From the IMG/VR virus record IMGVR_UViG_3300045988_159113: a stretch of 64,000 nt of DNA; one strand, given 5' to 3'. The translations under genes and the position numbers were made by a program. Below are positions 52,677 to 62,696 of this stretch, in pieces; position 1 is the first letter of the stretch, and the number at the start of each line of letters is the position of its first letter. This stretch comes from a virus. The notes beneath the pieces were generated by a model. It was not told where the DNA came from and searched no databases. It was given only the letters and a program-made list of their open reading frames with translations.

Positions 52677-55600
52677 GATGCGCTTTTATTGTATAATGTC
52701 AAGACACCACCAACCACTGCAAGCTCATCGCCTGTATAACGGATGCGGATCTTGATATATTTATCCTTTAATTTCATCTCTTTCCTATCGCTCCACTTCT
52801 CGAAGCTTACATCTTCTGTATTATATGTTGTGCCAAATTTATCATTCAGTATATCCAAATCAAAATCGGTAGCCTTAGCATCGTCTGGTATTGGGTTATT
52901 CCCTAGGTTGATGATAGGTTTACCGGTAAATGGGCGATCAACATATTCATTTTTCTGCATGTATGTTATCGATGGAATCTGAACGTACCAGCAATCTTCT
53001 TTGTAGTGCATATTTCCACGTATTCGACCCTCTTTCTTCATATCGACACCTTTAACATGACACCATATCCTGAACTCGTTAAGGAGTTCGTTATACACAA
53101 TTTCAGATCCTGAGAGGTTCTAATAATCAAATCCTGTTTTCTTCATCAGCTAGTAGTAGCTCTCAACATCATTTGCGTCGTGAATCCTTCGATAGTATAA
53201 GGGGAACATTGTAGATTTGGATATATTCGCGCCTACATTAAGTGCAAGCTTTGGCGTTATATGTGTAAAGTCTGGGTTGTATTTGATGCGTGAACCAAGG
53301 CACAGGTTATATAGCGCTTTTGTTATTTCTTGCCTATAGTACATGTTTGGTTTATCATTGCCTAGATCATAACATTCACCGATCACTTCATAATGGAATG
53401 ATTCAGGCGCCGCTTTATTGCTTAGTATCCTCAGATCGTTGAAGATTTTGTGAACACTTGCATCTTTACGTACTACAAACTCAAATTCGAATGGATGCTG
53501 TGTGCCATACCAGAACGTGGGTTTGATAGTCTCCTCTGTCATAACAGCGTCGGACTGCCCATGTTTCCATAGGAAATGTGTAGTTCCTCCATCGTGTATA
53601 TTGGAATGATCTAATCCCAAGATGTGCCTGTTGACTTGATGGTCGAGGGTTATCATACAGTTCCCGATGTTCCCTGATATTGCAGGAAGCCAAGAATAGA
53701 ACGTCTGCCATCCTCCACCTTTCGTTGCTCCGTGCAAATTATAGCATAAGCTCCACATGGTATCATCACAATAAGCGGTAAAGATCACGTCGCCTTTAAA
53801 CATGTTATAGTGGGATTTGATATTCACTTTGCCAATGTCTGGATTCATTCCATCCATTGGCAACGCATCATTGAGGAATGACTGAATCCTAAAATCTGAG
53901 ATCATCTAAACGGTTGATCCATCACATGCCCAGATTTTCTTGGCGTTCGAATCAACACCAAAGACTCCGTAAGGTGTAGATATAACACTCTCAGGCCATG
54001 TAGATCCGAAATCTTCAGATAATATTTTCGGAGTTTCCGGCAACACGTTTGAGGTGTTGATATATACGAATCCACCGGCTCCCTCTCCTGCAAGTGCTCG
54101 CTCATTGACTGGTACCAACATGATACCATGCTCGCATACTACCAATAGATAACTTGCCAATGATACGATTTTTGTAATTGCTCCGTATTGATCGGTGTAA
54201 TCTCTATAATGATTGGCAAGGAAAACACGGTTTCCATTTTCAAAGTTCCCGTTTACAAGGATATTTGAATATTGGATTCTGTTTTTGTAGTAGTTATTCT
54301 CCCAGATATAGTTGTTTTGATTGAAGTGTAGCCTATCACCTCCTGACTTACTGAATCCCTCGTTGTAGTTATCGGATTCTCTTAACTTATAAGATCCGGA
54401 TGGGTCTATACTGTGCAATGGGTAGAACGACCTAGCATTTCCACTATGTGCCTTTTCATCTGTCCATGCTTCATTTGTGCTTCTTATGCATATATTCCTC
54501 GATGATCTACACGGGAAAGTAACCCATGAGCCCATCTGCACAGCATTCATATCGCCAAGGTTTACATCAAGGGCAACGTCTGGATTCTTAGTTAAATCAA
54601 AGCTTCTGTATTCAATCGAGAATAGCTTATTCAAAGCATTTGTGAAACACATTCCCTAAAGGATCGTGTCATTATATGGAGCGGATGAGTCATTGAAGTT
54701 TCTATTTACTCTGTGAGTATACCATCCAATGAAACAATCGCCACGGTAGCAATCAATATCTCTTGTGCTTATATCCTGACTGTCTGATATTCTATAATAC
54801 TGGCGTCTGTCGTTGAAGCGAGTGGTAAAATATCCGCCCATATTGTCTTCGCTGTATCCTGGAATATATAAGTTAACGATCTTATTAGCTATGTCTTGAC
54901 CTTTAGATTTACCGTTTTCTTCTGTATATGGATAAAGTCCGACATATGAACCATATAATCCTCTCATCAGGTTATATGGCTTTTGCATCGAGAGCCTACC
55001 CATCTTGTCGGTCGGAGTATATGATAAGTCAGGTCTTACCTACGCAAGGAATTTGGCACCAGCAAAACTGAATGTCTTAGTCGTCACATCTCCGGCTTTA
55101 GCAGAGAAGAACACATTGTCGTCGTGTCTTATAGAGTTCTCTTTTACTATCGCCTTTTTATGTAAGATTGTACCGAGAGACATTCCCTCTTCAATACTCA
55201 AACCGAAAGATTTGAAGAATTTAGATGTGCTGATATCTGTGTTGTTATATTGATATAATCTTTGAACGTTGCTTTGTAAATAAGCGCTCGATGTTATTGT
55301 TTTTGCGACTAGCTCCTAACCTGTGAAAATATTATTGTAATATGGCATATTAAGTTCATAATCCGGGCAGAACATAGCAAAGCTGTTATTCTCCATCGGG
55401 TTATAGATATAGGCCATATTGCCATAGTTTCCATTTTCCTTTTTCTTAGGATAGTCATATTTTCCGTTGTATGTGCTGATATCGAACTCGTAACCACTCA
55501 TGGTTCCATCTGTAACCAAAGTGCCAGCCTGAGATCTTGCATTGACTACTCTATCGCGTATTCTCTCAGCATAGCTATTTTTGGCTGAGTCAATATTTTC

Positions 55601-58600
55601 AATATCATCAGCACCTATCGCATAGTCTTGGAATTCGTACCATATACCGTCCAGTTTGACAAGCAGATTTTGGTATGGCGTGGCTGGTATAGTCCCGTCT
55701 TTATTCATCTGACCGTTTACATGGAAAGTAACAGATGGATATTCTTCGTCTTTTTTCAGTAGATCATTCGAATAAGCACACGGTGAACTTGTCTCCACAT
55801 TATAACCTCTGCCATCTGTGGATATTCCATAAATGGAAACGTTGAGACTATACTTGTTTTTTGTTATAGATGCCGATATGGCAGAACCTTCTGCGTACTG
55901 GTAGATGATATCCCCGTTTTTATAAGTGGTAGGATTCAAGAGTGTCATATCGTTTTCACTGTATACCTACTCTACAAATTCGAGATTTTCCTAATTATAA
56001 GAGTCAGCGAATCCAGCCTCTCCATATTCAAGACCCTTGAGCCTGTATTTATTGTACCTTGCATCTCCACTTCCTGTGCTCCATGTGTTATCTACGCCAT
56101 ACTTCATAGGTTCATCACACGCAATAGTGCAGAGCTAGAGTTCCTTTCCCTTCGAGTCGTCGAAAATCTTAAACTCTCCCTTCTTATCATACTGAATTCT
56201 TATTGGTGTCATAGAATCCTCTATGATTACATCAGTTGCCAAGCACTGAGCCAGCGCGTAGTACCACTCATAAGCCGGCAATTTATTGCCGCCTATGTTT
56301 TTTATGGTTCTCTTGCTGTCGTAGAAGTGCTGAAAATATGAAGTGTAGATGTTCTGCTGTTTTACATCTTTCGCCCAATTGAAAGTGTTATGGTCAGATG
56401 TTGTAGATGGAAATATGGGGATATCTGTTGTATTCCCTAAGTGGATTATTTTATCCTATAGTCCGTGTTCGTCTATTTCTTTTTCAGCCAAGAAAACACC
56501 ACCAAGTCTACACTCATTATTTCCTGCTGTGCTTCTACCGTTTAAGGTTATCATGCAGTATTGCTAGCCTGCGGAATTTTGATATCTGTAATTAAAGACT
56601 GCCAGTTTCCTTTTTTCCCAACCATCATAGATGCAGTTGCCCATCATCGAGATATCCTGGTTGAGTTCTTGCTGCCACATGACCGTTATGGCACGGCTAC
56701 TGTCGCTGTCTAACTTGTCAAAGAATGCGAGGACTTTATCAGGTAATGAGAACAGTCTCTGATAGTATCCATTGAGAAGTACGCCCTGGCTTCCTATTTT
56801 CTGAGGGTAAAAGTTGGGGTAGTCTTCGCGCCACTATGCATCCATAAACTGGAACCCTGCGCTGCAAAATGACTCGTACATATGATACGGCATTTTGACT
56901 TTCACATTCATCCCTCCAACATTTACATCCACCTCTTGCTCAACATTTATACTTGGAAGGAAAGACTCCTCGCATATATTCGTCGCGTATCCCTAAGCAA
57001 TAAGTGTAGGAATTCGTTTCTGCCTTACGAAAAAGTACCCTTTGTAATTTTCCGCATTTGGCATTTTCTGTGTAAAAGAGAAATGAACACCAACAACTTG
57101 CATAAGGTCAGAGATGACCGATTCATTGATGCGACAGACACCTTTGATATTGTAAGGGTAGGCTTCACTGTATATATCACTAAAACTTACGTTATCTTTA
57201 GATGTACCAGATGTACAGTATGGCTTACTCTCTTCGAGTTCGATATTCTCAAAGTTGATAATTGGAAGATCACCCTTTGTTTTCATATTGTTCACTCCGA
57301 GCACATCGAAAACAGAAGTGAAAGAGTTGTCTTTTCTTATATATACAATGCCAAAACGGTAGATCTCGCCAGGATGATATCCTGTGAACTTGTACGTGAA
57401 ATCACTGTTGTAATATGAATTATTTTCTCCCTCGTATGAGTAATCACTAGCCATATTGACTTTTTTATCCACTACTGCATACGGAATAATAGAGAGGCTG
57501 TAATTCTTCAGTTTCTCGTATTCTTTATTTTCCTGATTTTCCTATGTAAGGTTAGCCTAAAACAAGATGTTGCTAACCATAGCCTGAGATTTTACTTTAT
57601 CGGCGTTGAAATACTAGACATTGATATCGTTGGTTGTTATCTGTTGCGTGTTCTCGAAGCCAGTGATAAAAATATCTGTCTTGTCATCTTCAACGTAAAA
57701 CACATCGTCTATTTTATATGCTGACGTTATAAGGTTCTCATTATTGGCAGAGCTTGCCCTAGTGTAGCATATCTTGATATATTTAATGTTATCAGTGCCA
57801 ATAAGTCGAAGCTTGACGGATTTATCAGTTCGCATATTCTCCGATCCTCCGTTTATACTGAAAGGGTCGCCATCTGTTCCGATAAAGACAGGAATAACTC
57901 CGGACTCAGCTATTATATCTGACTCGTTGCCGTCTTTATCACAAGCGATAGCATAGAAAACATAATTTCCCACCATCAGCTTACCATCTGTACCAAGTCC
58001 AAGGTATGCAAAATTGACAATCTTATCCGTGTCATTATACAAAGAGGTGCTGATATCAAAAGCTGTCTCATCATATAACGGATGCCTGTTTGTGTTATTT
58101 TTGCCGAAACGGTCGATAATGTGATAAGTTCCGTCTTCCTATACAGCAAAGCCTGTGTTTATTATTCTCGGCTTATTCTTATTGTCTGTAAGTATCAAGT
58201 TGATACTTCCGTCGTAGCTATTGTCAACGTTAATCTCTACGGGATGCTATAAATCAAAACGGAAATATTCAGTACGGAGAGGATAGCCTGTCTCATCTCC
58301 GTCTTTGTCAATCTTTCCAACATGAAGAGGTTGATATTTATTGACGAGTTTATTTTTTGGACTGTCATAATCAGGAGATGGGAAAGATCCAATTTCTCCT
58401 ATCCCGTCTTTCGTAACGCTTACAATATACATAATGCGCCCGAAAGTCTTAGCTCCAATAGGTATAGCTCCATCAGGGAGCTTTGCATACTAGACGTTGT
58501 TGTCCTCGTCTCTGTATGTAATCTTGGCATTACCCATATCATTTTGGAGCAGCTGCTCGTTGCCGTTGAATGTCGACATTGTGGCATTCAAAGCATCAGT

Positions 58601-58678
58601 GAGGATATTATCGGGAACCGTTCCGACGTTGTAGTCCATAACGATCCCACCCTCGAATGTGTTCTGGGCGTATTCCAT
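52673..58678 (-). CDS. 2001-aa tail-like structural protein (the last 141-157 aa could be a separate product if the TAG at 53150 terminates)
   Basis: ATG 58676..58678 to TGA 52673..52675. It has 19 in-frame TAGs and no TAA/TGA (hand-scanned). The sequence is beta-rich and Asn/Gly/Tyr-rich, typical of tail or receptor-binding proteins. Confidence 0.7.
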
Positions 58679-58691
58679 ATTTTATTTTTTT

Positions 58692-59318
58692 TTAAAAATG
58701 TTTATGCCTCAAACCAAAACGTACGCATAGATTGCGGTATTCGATAATCATTCGCCGCCTGGTTGTTTTTGGCCTGTACAATATCAATTGAAAACGTGAG
58801 ATATGAAGTTTGAAATTCCACCATACGATCCTATGCTGAGTGAAGCACTTAGGCATTTCTACACGGAAAATTCGTTTTGACTAGTGCGTGCTTATGATAC
58901 ACTCCTCAAGTATTCTATACAATGTGATCTTCCCAAAATCAAACTGTGTCCTGAGATGGCACCTTCGTTGGTTCATGTATTTCTTGTACTTGGTAGTTCC
59001 CAAAGCGAAATAATAGTAGCACGGCTCATTGTCATCCTGTTTTTTAGCGTATCGATAATATAAAGTTCTGATCTTTTTTATTAATTTCTGCCTGTAATAT
59101 GACTCATATGCTTTTTCTGTCTGTTGCACTGGGCCTATTACTATAGGATGATTGTATGCCTTCTCCTACACTATCACATCGTGCCCTTTTGATATTGTCC
59201 TTGCTATCGCAGACATACCAAACGATAATATATTCATCAGGTCTCTTTCTGATAGCAGTTTGTTTTTCCTTCTTACTCTTTTGACTGTATTATATACTTG
59301 CCTGTATTTCATGATCAT
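58692..59318 (-). CDS. possible 208-aa very basic Arg/Lys/Tyr-rich protein
   Basis: This is the only long frame in the 610-nt gap. It runs from ATG 59316..59318 to TAA 58692..58694 with TAGs at 59166 and 58881. The composition is odd and it overlaps the upstream gene by 29 nt. Confidence 0.3.
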
Positions 59319-59772
59319 AGGTCATTCCTTCATTCAACAATTCTGCTAAAAGCTTATCGGTATCGTCGTCGAGTGTTATAATCTTCTCGAATGTCCTTGT
59401 CCCTGATTCGACATAAAAAAATGGGTAGTATGCAGTCATGGCACATTGTGCAATATCCACATCTTTGAAATATCCTTTTCGCGCCATCTCGTTAAACTGC
59501 TCGCCTTTGAATCGTTTCATGTATATTGTGATCTTGTAAGATCCAAAACGTCCAACGAACATATTCCCGGTCATCATCACCTCTTTGACTATGTTATAGA
59601 ACATATTTTGAAAAAGATTTCTGACATATCCTCCCGGATCATTAATTCCTGCAAGCTTGAGTCCGACGCCTCCTAGGATTGTTTTATCTTCCCATTTCTT
59701 AGCTATCTCATCAAGATCGAAAGCGTAACCGTAAGCGTTCCTATTATGGCAAGCTTTCCCGTGGTTCTTCAT
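59290..59772 (-). CDS. 160-aa hypothetical (head-tail region)
   Basis: Complete ATG-to-TAA ORF with no TAG. ATGA overlap with the upstream gene. Confidence 0.65.
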   Translation of the reverse strand: MKNHGKACHNRNAYGYAFDLDEIAKKWEDKTILGGVGLKLAGINDPGGYVRNLFQNMFYNIVKEVMMTGNMFVGRFGSYKITIYMKRFKGEQFNEMARKGYFKDVDIAQCAMTAYYPFFYVESGTRTFEKIITLDDDTDKLLAELLNEGMTYDHEIQASI

Positions 59773-60464
59773 TTCGTCGTCGGTTTATACGATTTACCGT
59801 ACAGTTTACGATTCCAGTTTGTCTTTGCGTCAAGTATCGTATCCATCATGTTCTGGTCTATCTGCTGCGGTACTCGTGCATGATCGCATTTAATCAGCCA
59901 CATCTGCCTTAACTGATTCGCAATTTCCAGTAGGTTTGCATTCATGGTCGTTATGCCTTCTTTGTATTTAGTGACATATGAGACATAAACAGCCAAAGCG
60001 TCGACCTCATTATCCGTAAGGTATGGCAAACCGTCATCATCGAGTTCCTGGCCTTCGTATAAGATATCAACTTCAGGATAGGGAAATTCAAAATATAACT
60101 TTTCACCAATCCGTGTATAATGTATCAGCTTACCTTTTGCATATGTTGGATCATGAAATATTTTCATAGCTTCAGTGTACGATTCCGTGAACATACTAGC
60201 AACATCTCCGTTGCTGTTTATTCCGTCGACGTTCTTGTAGTCTTCCATCGGGATCGTTACAGCTTCTATATTTTCAACATTGCATGGCAATTCTACACTG
60301 TTATCTTCTTTGTTAACAGGCAAAACGATATGATAATATCTAACGTTTTGGTTGCCTATGTCATGGTAGCCAATAAGTGCGAGTTCTTCAAACTCGCTCT
60401 CGTCTGTAAATTCTACGCCATACAACAGGTGCGCCTGGTACATGGCTTCCTTAAAATTTCTCAT
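59769..60464 (-). CDS. 231-aa hypothetical (head-tail region)
   Basis: Complete ATG-to-TGA ORF with no TAG. TAATG junction with the upstream gene. Confidence 0.65.
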   Translation of the reverse strand: MRNFKEAMYQAHLLYGVEFTDESEFEELALIGYHDIGNQNVRYYHIVLPVNKEDNSVELPCNVENIEAVTIPMEDYKNVDGINSNGDVASMFTESYTEAMKIFHDPTYAKGKLIHYTRIGEKLYFEFPYPEVDILYEGQELDDDGLPYLTDNEVDALAVYVSYVTKYKEGITTMNANLLEIANQLRQMWLIKCDHARVPQQIDQNMMDTILDAKTNWNRKLYGKSYKPTTK

Positions 60465-61150
60465 TATCCTTCAGCGTATGCCTGATTGTTCGGTAAAATC
60501 TGAGTCTTCATCTGTCTGTAAATGTTAACTTTCTACTGAACAATTCGTTTTTGTATTTCTTCATCTATCCAAGAGTACTGATTGGCCAGGTCTTCATTGC
60601 AGCATCCAAGTTCTTCCACCTGTCTCAAGTCTTTGAACATTGCGACCATCGTGATCGTCTTCATAAGTGGAGCATTGAAAACGTAGCAGTCATACATGCC
60701 GTTTTCGTTTGGTGTTGTATCAATGAAGATATACGGCTTGTTTTTTCCTCTTCTCTTGTATTTATGGTACAGACTCCACTATGCAATGCTTGTGTAAACC
60801 TCAAATGGATTCTGTCTGTCAGGGCTTCCAACATAAGCTATCGACTTGATCCCGAAATCAGTGATGATTTGCGGAATCTCGAAATGCATGATAAGTTCGC
60901 CCTTCTTCTTATTGCTGCAAATAGGGCATCGTTCGATGTCCTTACAGTCGATGTTGATACAGTTAATAGACAGCAATAAATCACGACTAGGCAATACTCC
61001 GTTCATCTGGTATTCCTTAATAACTTTTAGCCTTGTCTGTACTATCTCATCCTCTATCTGTTCAATAGTCAAAGACATATTAGCGTGAGCACCGCGAAGT
61101 CCTGAGATTATGTCGTTCTGTATCCTTGATGCTAGCTTGTCGTAAATCAT
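60464..61150 (-). CDS. 228-aa hypothetical (head-tail region)
   Basis: ATG 61148..61150 to TAA 60464..60466, with TAGs at 60779 and 60533. The track shows only the first 123 aa. Confidence 0.65.
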
Positions 61151-61154
61151 GATA

Positions 61155-61193
61155 TAAAAACAAAAAAGCGGAAGGCGTTGTTGCGCCCTCCGC
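61155..61193 (-). terminator. rho-independent terminator after the candidate capsid gene
   Basis: On the - strand RNA, GCGGAGGGCG-CAACAA-CGCCUUCCGC forms a 10-bp stem with one G-U pair, followed by UUUUUUGUUUUU. Confidence 0.8.
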
Positions 61194-61224
61194 CTAAAAC
61201 TTAAATTTTACGTTTATTAGAGAA

Positions 61225-62223
61225 TCAATCCTTCTTCTTTGCCTTCACTACGGGCTCGTGTGTATAGTCAGCGGTAGTATAAGCTACTACGTTGCCATCT
61301 ACCTTCTTAGCAAGAGCTACCTCAAAGTTGCTGGCCTCATCGGTACCAACAAAAGCCTTGATGAACTTCTCTTCTGCTACGTCTGCGGGAACCCAGAATA
61401 CGTGGGTTGTCTCGCTGGTTACTTGCTGACCAACAGCACCCATACCACCAACATGACCGCGGTGTACGGTGTAGTGGATGGTGATCTGATCGTACAGAAC
61501 ACCTGGACGGGGCATCTCGTCTGCCTGAGGACGCTTCCAGCGAAGGTTGGCAGCAGTGGGAAGGCGATAATCCTTCTCGAGATTCTCGAAGGTACCGAAG
61601 CCCTCAGCGCCAGTGTAAACGCCAGACTCCTTGAGGTCAGAGATTACATCCCAGCCGCCATTCTCGTTCTCCTGCTCCAGAACAGCCTTGGTGATGCGCA
61701 TGTACTCGTTAGCACATACAATAGCCTTTGCAGTCTTAGCATCGGCTGTGGGCTCTGCGTCAGCAGCTGTTACGGTGCTCTTCAGACCCTCAGCAGTAAG
61801 CTTTGCGGAGAGATCTGCAGCTGTAGGAATCAAAATCTGATGGTCGAAAGTAACGTTCAGGTACTTGTTCAGATTCTTGATAAGTGTAGCCTTAACGTCG
61901 TCCGTCTGCTCAGAGTGGAACTCTACAAATACGGGACGGCCCTTGTGAACCAAATCATTGGCAAACATGGGGTCAGCATTACCGATAGATGTGATGTAAA
62001 GAGCGAGACGGTAGTTCTCAGTGCCAAGCTGGGGCAGAGAATCCAAGTTCAGAACATCAAGGTAGCCCTCGTGGCCCTTAGACCAGTAAAGGCAGATGTG
62101 ATGGTTAGCATCGTTGCGATATACACCCTGACGGTAAATCTCAACCTGCTTGTTAGCCTTGTCAGCGACAATCTTCTTGTAAAGGTCGCCATTCCAAAGA
62201 GTGGTACTAGTAAATTCGTACAT
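61225..62223 (-). CDS. 332-aa abundant structural protein, candidate major capsid protein
   Basis: Complete ATG-to-TGA ORF at about 50% GC with G/C-ending codons, in contrast to neighbours at about 30%. It has no TAG codon and a dedicated strong terminator. It sits upstream of the head-tail and tail genes. No family motif was recognised by eye. Confidence 0.45.
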   Translation of the reverse strand: MYEFTSTTLWNGDLYKKIVADKANKQVEIYRQGVYRNDANHHICLYWSKGHEGYLDVLNLDSLPQLGTENYRLALYITSIGNADPMFANDLVHKGRPVFVEFHSEQTDDVKATLIKNLNKYLNVTFDHQILIPTAADLSAKLTAEGLKSTVTAADAEPTADAKTAKAIVCANEYMRITKAVLEQENENGGWDVISDLKESGVYTGAEGFGTFENLEKDYRLPTAANLRWKRPQADEMPRPGVLYDQITIHYTVHRGHVGGMGAVGQQVTSETTHVFWVPADVAEEKFIKAFVGTDEASNFEVALAKKVDGNVVAYTTADYTHEPVVKAKKKD

Positions 62224-62286
62224 AGTTTTTTGTGTTTTGTGGTTGTCTCTACAACCGTTAAAAATATGATCTGAGAATTAATAATC

Positions 62287-62664
62287 TTATGACTACGTAG
62301 CGGCAGGACTAGCTATACTCTACGAAACAGCCGCATGAGTTTGCAATCGCTGGTCACTAGCATTTTCCATTATCAGATGCACGATCTCGTTAACTATCTC
62401 ATTACATCCGTAATCTGGAAATTCCAAGACTTGCGATGTATCGATCTAGCTGTCAAGTTCGTCCTGTGTTAATCTTATAGTTTGTGGTGTCTTTAAATAA
62501 TCGACAACCACAGAATCCAGTTTGTATATTCGATCGTCGCCATATCGGATTTCCATCCGTGGCTTGCTGGCATTACCAAAACGATAGCCTGCTTGACGGT
62601 CAACCGTACTTGCGGAATCTGATCCGTACTGGACAGTACGGGGAAAAGAAACAATCTATCCCAT
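62287..62664 (-). CDS. 125-aa protein invisible in the standard-code track
   Basis: ATG 62662..62664 (in-frame TAA at 62689 upstream) to TAA 62287..62289. Four TAGs at 62656, 62446, 62320 and 62293 cut it into pieces shorter than 60 aa. The translation is protein-like: ...RLTQDELDSQIDTSQVLEFPDYGCNEIVNEIVHLIMENASDQRLQTH.... Confidence 0.6.
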
Positions 62665-62696
62665 ACGGCAACAATTATAGTATTTTTTTTATTAAA

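Noticed and set aside
52673-53098. The track ORF 52673..53098 (GTG start) as an independent gene.
   Set aside because: Its frame is the same as the 2001-aa gene and is separated from it only by TAGs at 53150 and 53120. I kept it as part of that gene and flagged the alternative in the findings.
58679-59289. Suppressor tRNA or another tRNA in the intergenic gaps. I also inspected 47888..48111, 62224..62286, 6659..6753, 1463..1565 and 7393..7474.
   Set aside because: No GTTCRANYC T-loop with flanking 5-bp stem, no acceptor-stem complementarity and no CTA anticodon loop could be folded by eye. A proper tRNAscan run on the whole genome is still needed.
59104-59289. A 61-codon stop-free extension in frame after the TAA of gene 59290..59772 (YSQKSKKEKQTAIRKRPDEYIIVWYVCDSKDNIKRARCDSVG...), considered as possible TAA readthrough.
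   Set aside because: It has no start codon. With TAG as sense, an open run of this length has roughly a 15% chance of occurring. TAA acts as a stop everywhere else.
62624-62641. An 18-nt palindrome, CCGTACTG-GA-CAGTACGG, near the 5' end of gene 62287..62664.
   Set aside because: An 8+8 palindrome is expected about once per spacer length in 64 kb. It lies in coding sequence and its 2-nt spacer is too short for an RNA loop.
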